The notes: generated by a model from the sequence alone, not told the origin. DNA of 17,066 nt from Candidatus Heimdallarchaeota archaeon (GCA_016840095.1 JAEOSZ010000096.1:1-17066); one strand, 5' to 3'; positions 6,842 through 14,500 are shown, numbered from the stretch's first letter. Made by a program: numbers and translations.

Positions 6842-8597
6842 GATTCTTCCTTCCTTCTAAATTATTGAAAATAGTTTTAGCTCTCTCTTTTGGAAAAATT
6901 TCAACTAGCTCTTTGAATGAAAGCTGATTAATGTGTTTCATTTTTTTCTCATCTAATAGAGCAGAAATACTTACTGCTTCTTGATAGGTGCAATTAGCTA
7001 AAAACTGAATGTAATTTGCTTTTTTCTCATCTGTTTCTGTTGGAGAAGTTTTTACATTGATTTGACTTCTTCTATTGTCAGATAGTGATTTTGCTAGATT
7101 AACAAAAGCTTTAGTTCTAGAATTCATTTTTTCTTCTATGTTTTTATTGAAGATAACTTGTTGATTCTGAACTAGTTTCTGTTGTACTTTTTCATCCTTA
7201 ATTACTTTCAGAACAGATTTTTCTCTATTCCGATATTTATGGAAAACTCTTTCTTCTTGAGACCTATGAGTTATCAGGAAGTAGATTTTTGATTGATTAC
7301 TTCTAGCTTCTAAGAATGTTTCATACTTAGTTGGAGTATTGAAGAATATTATTGCATCAGCTTCAGTCTTTACAAAATGAGAAGCTAAAATGACATCTAC
7401 ATCTCCTGAGTCAAAAATCTGTTTGAGTTTTGCTCTTTCTTTTGATTGACTTCTTGGAAGAATCTTACTCCTTAATCCAATTTCTTTGAGATATTTTGGA
7501 AGCTGAGAAAGGATATTTTTGTGATTAGCAACTATGTAGAAATTCTTGTAATTCAGTTTGTTTTTCATTTGATTAATTAGTTGCTTGATCCTCTCAAACT
7601 TTGGATGAATAGTGGATTCAGATAGAGTAATCAAATTATCATAAATCTCCTCAAAAACAGGTGTTCGAGCAAAACTACTGATTTTCTTGATATTCTTCTC
7701 AGTATTTTCTTTATCTCTTTTTCTCAATTTCTTCATATAATCCAAAGCTACTTTTGGACCTGAAGCTTCAACTAATTCTTTGATCGAAATGAAGTTGATG
7801 AGTTCAATAGCTTTCCTAATCAAAACTTGCTGTTCATCAAAGTCGAATTTTGTTTTCAATCCTTGAACAAAACCTCGAAAATCTTTTCTTACAGCAAGTG
7901 GTCTTTCAACTCCTTTAGCTTTCAGAAAATTCTGATATTCTCTGATGAAACGATTGACTTCAAAACAGAAATTGTACATTTCTTTGTTAATTGGAACAGT
8001 AATTACATCCTCACGAGATGTAAAAGAATGATCAAAAGGTTGAGAGCTAGGTTCGATATATTCGATTTTTGTTATGAGTAAATTCTCACATACCTCTATT
8101 AAGGAATTAGTATTCTGGAAAATATATCTAGTCAAACCAATATTTCTTATGAGAATTTTATTGTTCAGAAAAACTTCCATTAGTTGAACAGATGAATGCT
8201 TTCCCTTAGATAAATGGGCATCGAAAAATAGGAGAACATGAAAATCAGAGGGAGAGGTGATTTGCCTCAAAATATCGTTTCTAAGCAGTTGAGGGGTTAT
8301 TGCAACTATTTGAGATTCTTCATAGTTTTTTGTTCGTTTTTCAACAGGATATGTAGAAATTATATGACTTAGCTTGTAACCTTCTAGCTTGTCCTTTAGA
8401 TCTCTGAATTGATTCCAGGTTTCAGATTTATTCAGAATAATTGCTACTTTCTTTGAGTCATCCTTCTTTAGAAAATATTTGATTAAAACCTCCAAAATTG
8501 AATTGATGGAGAAGTTAACAGGATATATTAACAGAGTGTTATCTTTAACAGCTGTACCTAGAATCACTTGTGTGTAAGTATCAATATTTTCTTTCAT
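6828..8597 (-). CDS. Hef/FANCM/XPF-family helicase-like protein, predicted catalytically inactive, no ERCC4 nuclease domain, putative C-terminal HhH
   Basis: Colinear with archaeal Hef: NTLLIYP, VEKRTKNYEESQIVAITPQLLRNDIL, LLFFDAH, IGLT, EVCENLLITKIE, helical insertion, HPKFERIKQLI, FDSGDVDVILAS, IIFFN, IYFLITHRSQEE. Walker A, DEAH and motifs III, V and VI are degenerate. The last ~65 aa resemble the XPF (HhH)2 region. Confidence 0.78.
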   Translation of the reverse strand: MKENIDTYTQVILGTAVKDNTLLIYPVNFSINSILEVLIKYFLKKDDSKKVAIILNKSETWNQFRDLKDKLEGYKLSHIISTYPVEKRTKNYEESQIVAITPQLLRNDILRQITSPSDFHVLLFFDAHLSKGKHSSVQLMEVFLNNKILIRNIGLTRYIFQNTNSLIEVCENLLITKIEYIEPSSQPFDHSFTSREDVITVPINKEMYNFCFEVNRFIREYQNFLKAKGVERPLAVRKDFRGFVQGLKTKFDFDEQQVLIRKAIELINFISIKELVEASGPKVALDYMKKLRKRDKENTEKNIKKISSFARTPVFEEIYDNLITLSESTIHPKFERIKQLINQMKNKLNYKNFYIVANHKNILSQLPKYLKEIGLRSKILPRSQSKERAKLKQIFDSGDVDVILASHFVKTEADAIIFFNTPTKYETFLEARSNQSKIYFLITHRSQEERVFHKYRNREKSVLKVIKDEKVQQKLVQNQQVIFNKNIEEKMNSRTKAFVNLAKSLSDNRRSQINVKTSPTETDEKKANYIQFLANCTYQEAVSISALLDEKKMKHINQLSFKELVEIFPKERAKTIFNNLEGRKNLVPN

Positions 8598-8700
8598 TTA
8601 GAATCCTTCTAATGAATACTTTCAGAGATGTATTTACACTATTATGACCAAAATGGCTTATAAAGTGATGAAAATTTCCAAGATTGTGTAATCATTTTCT

Positions 8701-8715
8701 AGAAATCTTTTTATC
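8701..8715 (+). promoter_or_regulatory. BRE/TATA-like promoter element for the Cys-rich membrane protein gene
   Basis: AGAAA followed by TTTTTATC (8708-8715), starting 30 nt before ATG 8738; supports 8738 over 8684 as the start. Confidence 0.45.
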
Positions 8716-8737
8716 TGCTTGTATATGTGTTGTCTTT

Positions 8738-9256
8738 ATGGAAGAAGAAAAGCCTTCTAAATCAGATCCATCTGAAGAACCAGTTCAACCCCCATATCAA
8801 CCCCCATATCAACCTCCAGAACCCATTCAGCCAGAATATCAAGGTCCAGAATTTCAAGGCCCCCCTTATGCTCCTCCGCCTTTAACTGAAGAAGAAAGAC
8901 GTAGAAAGAGAAGACGTAGAATAATCATTATTATATCAATTGTTTTTGGTGGATTAGTAGTTTTAGGGTTAATTGGAATAGGAATAATATATGCAATTGG
9001 ACAATCAATATCAGCGGTTTGTCAATCTATGTGTGCAAGTTGCACTTGTGATTGTGGCTGCGATGAAGCATGTAATAATGCCTGTACTAATAGTTGTAAC
9101 AGTTGTGGTGATAACTGTAGTAGTGATTGTTGTAGTTCAGGTAGTGGAGGATCAGGTGCTGGTGGGGCAGGTGGAATTGAATCTATTGATATAAAAACAT
9201 ACTTCAAATATCTTTGGCAGTACATAGAAAATTGGTTCAGGAATTTCTTCCCTTAG
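8738..9256 (+). CDS. Uncharacterised Pro-rich / TM / 13-Cys membrane protein with C-terminal aromatic amphipathic helix
   Basis: 172 aa from ATG 8738: acidic/Pro-rich N-terminus (QPPY repeats), RRRKRRRR, long hydrophobic TM, 13 Cys in 38 residues (9020-9133), Gly/Ser linker, tail YFKYLWQYIENWFRNFFP. Confidence 0.8.
   Translation: MEEEKPSKSDPSEEPVQPPYQPPYQPPEPIQPEYQGPEFQGPPYAPPPLTEEERRRKRRRRIIIIISIVFGGLVVLGLIGIGIIYAIGQSISAVCQSMCASCTCDCGCDEACNNACTNSCNSCGDNCSSDCCSSGSGGSGAGGAGGIESIDIKTYFKYLWQYIENWFRNFFP
8785..8814 (+). repeat. 12-bp in-frame tandem repeat (TCAACCCCCATA x2.5) encoding QPPY
   Basis: tcaacccccata tcaacccccata tcaacc read directly from the sequence. Confidence 0.85.
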
Positions 9257-9908
9257 ATGCTTTTCTTTTTACTCCTCTCTCCCTAATTTTTCTTTCTTCT
9301 TCAAGATTTTTAACCAGTAATTCATTTATTTTTCTTATTCGTATTTGGGTGTTTTTCCTAGGATCACAAGCATTCTCAGCTGTATGCAATGGACAATTAT
9401 TACAGTCTTCAAGATTATGTCCTACTCCTCTCATTATTCCGTAAAGAAGATATCCTCCGGCTAGCATTAGAGATAAAATGAGTTGTAACCACCAAGTCCT
9501 TAGAAATATTATTAGACCAACAAATGATCCTATTCCAAATCCTGCAAATATCCTAAGCAGAGTTTTGAGCCATTTGTCTTCTGGTTTGATCAAGAAATGA
9601 AAGATTGCTGTTGCTGTACCAAAGATAAATGTAGCTGCAAGAATTATTGGAAACTTTCTAAAAAAAGAATAACTAAAGCTATAGATGAAGAAGAAGATAA
9701 TAATAGAAGAATAAAGACTTGTACACCCAACACACAACTTGAGAGCTCCAAAAGAGAAGTAATGGTTTTTGTACTGGCTACAAGTTGGATGATGAGCAAA
9801 TCTTCTCCAAGCAGTGATTTTCATTATCTCTTTGAAAACATGAAAAGGTGTATTCTTTGAAAGAGTTACATCTTCTGATAAATATGGAGTAATTATTTCT
9901 TCTTCCAT
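9237..9908 (-). CDS. Multi-pass membrane protein with His/Cys motifs (DUF2085-like, putative metal-binding)
   Basis: AHHPTC...NH...LCVGCTSLY resembles the DUF2085 H...CxxCxGxY segment; 4 hydrophobic segments; C-terminal CNNCPLH...AC. SD-like AAAGGTG before ATG 9908. 20-nt convergent overlap with the Cys-rich gene. Confidence 0.65.
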   Translation of the reverse strand: MEEEIITPYLSEDVTLSKNTPFHVFKEIMKITAWRRFAHHPTCSQYKNHYFSFGALKLCVGCTSLYSSIIIFFFIYSFSYSFFRKFPIILAATFIFGTATAIFHFLIKPEDKWLKTLLRIFAGFGIGSFVGLIIFLRTWWLQLILSLMLAGGYLLYGIMRGVGHNLEDCNNCPLHTAENACDPRKNTQIRIRKINELLVKNLEEERKIRERGVKRKASKGRNS

Positions 9909-10031
9909 TGAAACACCTTTTGTTCTCAACTGTTTAATTATTCGATTTACTATTCCTAGGGAGATATTTATTGTTTTCTAACTCTATTTGCAAAAACTCT
10001 AAAAGAAGTAGAGGAAATTAATCATAGTCCG

Positions 10032-11663
10032 ATGTATGATATTGTAATAAAAAATGGAAAAATTATTGATGGAACTGGAGAAGAGTCTTATTTTGCAGAT
10101 ATAGCTATTAAAGAAGGCAAAATTGTCCAAATAAGTGAGAAAATTGATGCAGAAAGTAATAGGATAATTGATGCAGAAAATCTTATTGTATCTCCTGGAT
10201 TTATTGATATGCATAGTCATAGTGATTTTAGTCTTGTTTTTGATAACAAAGCTCAATCAGTTATCACTCAAGGAATCACAACTTCAGTTATTGGAATGTG
10301 TGGGGCATCTTTAGCACCTGTTACTGATGAGAAATTTGAGGAGTTCAAAAGAGATTGTGATATCGGTGCCCCTCCAGGTGCAGAATATGAACTACCCTGG
10401 AGAACTTTTGCTGAATATCTAGATGCAATGGAGAAGCTGAAAATGGCTACTAACATTGTTCCTGTTGTTGGTTTTTCAGGAGTTAGAATTGCAGGAGGAC
10501 CTGGTTCTGAGAATAGAGAACCCACATCTGAAGAGATACAGAAGATGCAGGAGTTTGTTGAAGAAGCTATGCAAGCTGGGGCATTTGGATTTAGCACTGG
10601 TTTAATCTATGCACCTCAAGTATATGCAAAAACAGAGGAAGTAATAGAAGTAGCAAAAGCAGCTGCAAAATACAATGGTTTATATTTTTCTCACATCCGA
10701 GATGAAGGTCCAAGACTTGTTGAATCAGTTAAAGAATTCATTGAAATAGTAGAAAAATCTGGATCTAGAGGAGGTCAGATGGCACATCATAAAGCTTCAG
10801 GAAGACCAAATTGGGGGAAGACAATTACAACACTAGATTTATTCGAAGAAGCTAATAAGAAAGGATTAGATATCACAGGAGATCAGTATCCCTATAATAG
10901 AAGTGCAACTTCTTTGATTACTATGTTACCTCCGTGGGTACATGAGGGAGGTCTGGAAAAGATTCTAGAAAGATTAGAGTCTACTGAAATGCGATCCAAG
11001 ATCAAGAAAGATCTTATTGAAGAAACAGAAGAAGCAGAAAATTGGATGGCAACTATAGGACCAGAAAACATCTTTATATCTTCAGTAAAAACACAATATT
11101 GGTTAGATATTGAAGGAAAAAATCTGGAAGAAATAACCAAGATAAAAGCAAAAAAAGATGTCTTTGAAACTCTATTTGATTTAATTCTTGAGGAAAAAGG
11201 AGCGGTTTGGATAACAATTAGGTCCATGGGAGAAGAAGATATTCATAGAGTGATGAAGAGTAAATATACCATGATTGGTTGTGATGGATCAGGGTATGCT
11301 CCAACAGGAATTCTTAGTTATGGTAAACCTCATCCTAGAAATTACGGAACCTTCCCAAGAATAATCAGGAAGTTTGTTAAGGAAGAAGGATTGTTTTCAT
11401 TAGAAGAAGCAATTAGAAAAATGTCAGGAGCATCTGCTGCTAAATTAAAACTGGAGAAGAGAGGTCTCCTAAAAGAAGGTTATTGGGCTGATATCACTAT
11501 TTTTAATGAGGAAGAAATTTACGATGTAGCTACATTTGAAGATCCCCATCAATTTTCAAAAGGAATTGAGTATGTTATAGTAAATGGAAAAATAGTTTTA
11601 GAAGAGGGTAAACAATTAGAGGAAGTTCCAGGAAAGATAATTCGCTGGAAATCTTCTATTTAG
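10032..11663 (+). CDS. N-acyl-D-amino-acid deacylase (D-aminoacylase, amidohydrolase superfamily)
   Basis: PGFIDMHSHSD, QGITT, GMCGASLAP (metal Cys), GFSTGLIYAP, SHIRDE, HHKASG, DQYPY, IGCDG, PHPRNYGTFPR, GIEYVIVNG. Confidence 0.93.
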   Translation: MYDIVIKNGKIIDGTGEESYFADIAIKEGKIVQISEKIDAESNRIIDAENLIVSPGFIDMHSHSDFSLVFDNKAQSVITQGITTSVIGMCGASLAPVTDEKFEEFKRDCDIGAPPGAEYELPWRTFAEYLDAMEKLKMATNIVPVVGFSGVRIAGGPGSENREPTSEEIQKMQEFVEEAMQAGAFGFSTGLIYAPQVYAKTEEVIEVAKAAAKYNGLYFSHIRDEGPRLVESVKEFIEIVEKSGSRGGQMAHHKASGRPNWGKTITTLDLFEEANKKGLDITGDQYPYNRSATSLITMLPPWVHEGGLEKILERLESTEMRSKIKKDLIEETEEAENWMATIGPENIFISSVKTQYWLDIEGKNLEEITKIKAKKDVFETLFDLILEEKGAVWITIRSMGEEDIHRVMKSKYTMIGCDGSGYAPTGILSYGKPHPRNYGTFPRIIRKFVKEEGLFSLEEAIRKMSGASAAKLKLEKRGLLKEGYWADITIFNEEEIYDVATFEDPHQFSKGIEYVIVNGKIVLEEGKQLEEVPGKIIRWKSSI

Positions 11664-13038
11664 TTTCCATTATTTTTTCTATATCCTCTAATCCTTGGTC
11701 TAGTTTTTGTTTCATTACTTTGTGTCCTTGCAAAATCTTCCGTTTGTTCTTATCCAATTCTAAAGTATCTCCTACTTTAATAACTTCATCTAGATTTTCT
11801 TTGAAGTCTTTCATAATAATTGGATGAACTTTCATCATATTTCCAAGAAGCTGGTTAAGTATAACTAGACTTTTCCATTGTTCAAATATGTTGCCTTGTT
11901 TTTTGTGCATCTCTAGAATCGATTTTTGAATAGTAACTGCGAAATATCCAGGATCTATTTCTGCTCTTTCTTTTTCTTGTTGAAAAATCTCATCTTTTAT
12001 TCTAGCAAATTTCTCTGGATTATGAACCATTTGATCCATATTGATTGATTGATGTGACCTTTCAGATTTCAGAATCAAGTCAATTCTATTTTCGGCATAG
12101 TATTGTACATGTTTCAAGAGTCTGTTAGCTGATTTTTCATAGAGCTTTGCTGCTTTAGTAAATTCACCCACTTTTTCTGCAACAACAGCTTGAACATAAA
12201 TATTCTTTACATACATTGTAGTAACTTCAAGATATTCTGGAAAATTGCTAGTGAAAATATTAAGTTGACTCATATAAACTTCCATACTTCTATTAAAATC
12301 CGAATTTAGGTGATCTGGAGTAAGTGAAAGAAGATTAATTGTAAACGTAAGTAAGCGCGGAAGTAGTTGATCATACTTTTCTTTTTGATTCTCTATATCA
12401 GCCCATGAAAAGGATTTCACACATTTAGAAGCAAAATTTTTAGCTTCTTCAAATTTTTCCATCTTTAGCATTAAGAAGGCATGTTTCATCAGAGTGATTG
12501 GTAATTGACTCACTTTGTGAAAATCATTTTTCTTTACTTTTCTAAGAACTTGTTCTGCTTTTTCATAGTAATTTGATGCTTGTTCAAAATTACCACTTTC
12601 TTCATAAAACTCTGCAAGAGCTTTGAGAACCAAACCTTGTTTGAAGAAGTATTTTTTTGTTTTTTCAAAAACTAAATTCATATCATGTTCTGCTTTAAGC
12701 AGAAGTTCTTCTATCTCTGAATTGATATTCATGTTTCCTCTGAAAATGGCATGACCATATCGTATATCTGCTCTAAGTTTTAATTCCTTTGCATCATCAA
12801 GTGTTAAAGTATCTAGTTTTTCATCATATTTTGATAATAGTTCTAAAGCTGAACTATGATGATCATGCATAAAATGGAAGGGAGGTAGTTTTCTATTAAG
12901 TGCATTAAAAACCTGAATAAAATCCTCAATTCTGTTGCCTTGGTAAAATGGGTTTTCTGGTTCTGAAATCTCTTTAAGTAAGTCATAAAAAACCATTGCT
13001 TTAATATCCCACTCAAATGGGTTGTACCTAAGAATCAT
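11656..13038 (-). CDS. All-alpha TPR-like protein of unknown function
   Basis: TPR-like helices LAEFYEESGNFEQASNYYEKA, LKMEKFEEAKNFASKC and AEKVGEFTKAAKLYEKSA. Start uncertain (GTG 13059, ATG 13038 or ATG 12996); 13038 is favoured by CAAAG-TTTTAGAG about 31 nt upstream. Confidence 0.72.
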   Translation of the reverse strand: MILRYNPFEWDIKAMVFYDLLKEISEPENPFYQGNRIEDFIQVFNALNRKLPPFHFMHDHHSSALELLSKYDEKLDTLTLDDAKELKLRADIRYGHAIFRGNMNINSEIEELLLKAEHDMNLVFEKTKKYFFKQGLVLKALAEFYEESGNFEQASNYYEKAEQVLRKVKKNDFHKVSQLPITLMKHAFLMLKMEKFEEAKNFASKCVKSFSWADIENQKEKYDQLLPRLLTFTINLLSLTPDHLNSDFNRSMEVYMSQLNIFTSNFPEYLEVTTMYVKNIYVQAVVAEKVGEFTKAAKLYEKSANRLLKHVQYYAENRIDLILKSERSHQSINMDQMVHNPEKFARIKDEIFQQEKERAEIDPGYFAVTIQKSILEMHKKQGNIFEQWKSLVILNQLLGNMMKVHPIIMKDFKENLDEVIKVGDTLELDKNKRKILQGHKVMKQKLDQGLEDIEKIMETK

Positions 13039-13135
13039 AGAATGGATGATTCTATTCACAACTCTAAAACTTTGTTGTCTAATTTATCACTTGTTAGTGT
13101 CTGATTTGCTTTGGTATCCTCTTGAATGAATAATG

Positions 13136-13143
13136 TTTATATA
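13136..13143 (+). promoter_or_regulatory. Archaeal TATA box for the surface glycoprotein gene
   Basis: TTTATATA starting 32 nt before ATG 13168. Confidence 0.55.
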
Positions 13144-13167
13144 ATTTATTCGTTGTTAATTAATGGA

Positions 13168-14463
13168 ATGAAAATCAAATTAGGCTCTTACATAGCTCTT
13201 GTTTTAATTACATTTACACTATTTTCTGTTTCTCTCACTGAATCAGTTACAGAAAAGTCTAATCCAGAAATTCCTTTGATTCAAGACAGTTTCACTGTTG
13301 ATGGAACCAATTGGACTGTTGGATGTTTTTCCTGTCATGATCAGACCCTCCACTTAATTGGTATGGATGGATTTAGTTATGATTTAACAAATGATAGTCT
13401 TCACTTTCAAGAAGATGGTGGAATATGGCCAAATCCATATGGAACAACAACATATACAAGTGTAGGTGCTTATACTACTTTTCCTACAAATGATGGAAAT
13501 TTAGTGATCGTATTTAATGGTAGAGCTAGAGCTAAACATGTTGATGCTGTATTATTGGGGATAAGAATTTATGATCCAAGCAATATGACTTGGTTGATGA
13601 GTTCAGCAAGTCATCCAGAGAATATCTCATATATTATAGGAGCTGAATTAGATAGTGCATGGCACCAAATGATTATTAACATAACAATCCCAGGATACGA
13701 TGAATTAGCAGTTTTTTGGAGTTTCAATGATTTCTTTGATACTGATTGGAGCCAAGAAATTTGGGTAGAAAATATATTGGTTAATCCTGATGTTTCAGAA
13801 ATTCCCGAACCAGATTTTGATCCTATAGTTGTAGGATATGGAAATATTTACTTCCCTAGTTATCCAAATTGGAGAGTGTATGATGACAATCCAGCAAATT
13901 ATTCAATATTTGTGAATGGAACAGAAAGAGTAAACAAACCGTATTCAACAGGTGATCATGTATTCTACAATATCTACAACGACATAGAAGTGGAACCAGG
14001 AGAGTATAATATCACAATTATGGTTAAGGATATGCAAAATAATTCTGTGACTGATTCTGTTATTCTTTATGTATCTGAAAACTATTTTGAGGAAGATCCT
14101 CCTGATATATGGGCTTTAGAATTTAATCTAGTAGAAGAAAACTATACCGCATTTCTCTATTGGTGGGCAACTGATGCAAATCCTGATTATTATGAAATTT
14201 ATGTAAATGATGAAATAAATCAAACAGGTTTATGGACCATTGATACAGCAATTCCATTTAAAATAGAAAATGTATCTGGGACGTATAACGTTACAATAGT
14301 AGTGTATGACATAAATGGAGCTTATGATGTAGATACATTTATCTTCTCTCTTGATATCAGAACACCTAGAACTGATTTAACTGATTTTCCCTTACCTATC
14401 TTAGCTCTACCAATAATCAGTTTGATTTATGTTCTAATAAGAAGACAAAAGAAGAAACAATAG
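13168..14463 (+). CDS. Membrane-anchored surface glycoprotein: signal peptide, N-terminal domain with one CxxCH, two Ig-like repeats, C-terminal TM plus basic tail
   Basis: MKIKLGSYIALVLITFTLFSVS signal; about 13 N-x-S/T sequons; two repeats of WxxxDxNPxxYxIxVN...GxYNxTIxVxDxxxxxxxD; anchor FPLPILALPIISLIYVLIRRQKKKQ. Confidence 0.85.
   Translation: MKIKLGSYIALVLITFTLFSVSLTESVTEKSNPEIPLIQDSFTVDGTNWTVGCFSCHDQTLHLIGMDGFSYDLTNDSLHFQEDGGIWPNPYGTTTYTSVGAYTTFPTNDGNLVIVFNGRARAKHVDAVLLGIRIYDPSNMTWLMSSASHPENISYIIGAELDSAWHQMIINITIPGYDELAVFWSFNDFFDTDWSQEIWVENILVNPDVSEIPEPDFDPIVVGYGNIYFPSYPNWRVYDDNPANYSIFVNGTERVNKPYSTGDHVFYNIYNDIEVEPGEYNITIMVKDMQNNSVTDSVILYVSENYFEEDPPDIWALEFNLVEENYTAFLYWWATDANPDYYEIYVNDEINQTGLWTIDTAIPFKIENVSGTYNVTIVVYDINGAYDVDTFIFSLDIRTPRTDLTDFPLPILALPIISLIYVLIRRQKKKQ
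13870..14352 (+). repeat. Two diverged Ig-like protein repeats (about 13870-14073 and 14161-14352)
   Basis: WRVYDDNPANYSIFVNG...GEYNITIMVKDMQNNSVTDSV aligns with WWATDANPDYYEIYVND...GTYNVTIVVYDINGAYDVDTF. Confidence 0.75.
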
Positions 14464-14484
14464 TTTCTTTTCTATTTTTTTCTT
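14464..14484 (+). terminator. Oligo-T archaeal-type terminator
   Basis: TTTCTTTTCTATTTTTTTCTT immediately after the TAG at 14463. Confidence 0.5.
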
Positions 14485-14500
14485 GAGTCTGAAGTAAACT

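Noticed and set aside
3717-8081. Short ORFs 3717-3914, 5207-5458, 5343-5540 and 7827-8081
   Set aside because: Fully nested antisense to well-supported genes.
6828-8597. Calling the Hef-like gene a pseudogene
   Set aside because: No stops or frameshifts over 589 codons, and the losses are concentrated in catalytic motifs.
8785-8880. QPPY repeats as WW-domain PPxY ligands
   Set aside because: The sequence is PPY, not PPxY; no canonical motif is present.
8991-9444. ORFs 8991-9194 (Val-rich), 9022-9225 (Gln/Leu-rich) and 9214-9444
   Set aside because: Alternative-frame or antisense readouts of the TGT/AGT-rich Cys segment and its neighbour; the composition is explained by the main frames.
9597-9860. 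ORF starting MKDCCCCTKDKCSCK, superficially metallothionein-like
   Set aside because: Antisense to a hydrophobic segment of the 9237-9908 gene; the Cys codons mirror ACA/GCA (Thr/Ala) codons.
9999-11227. Minus-strand ORFs 9999-10256, 10268-10597 and 10892-11227
   Set aside because: Antisense shadows of the D-aminoacylase.
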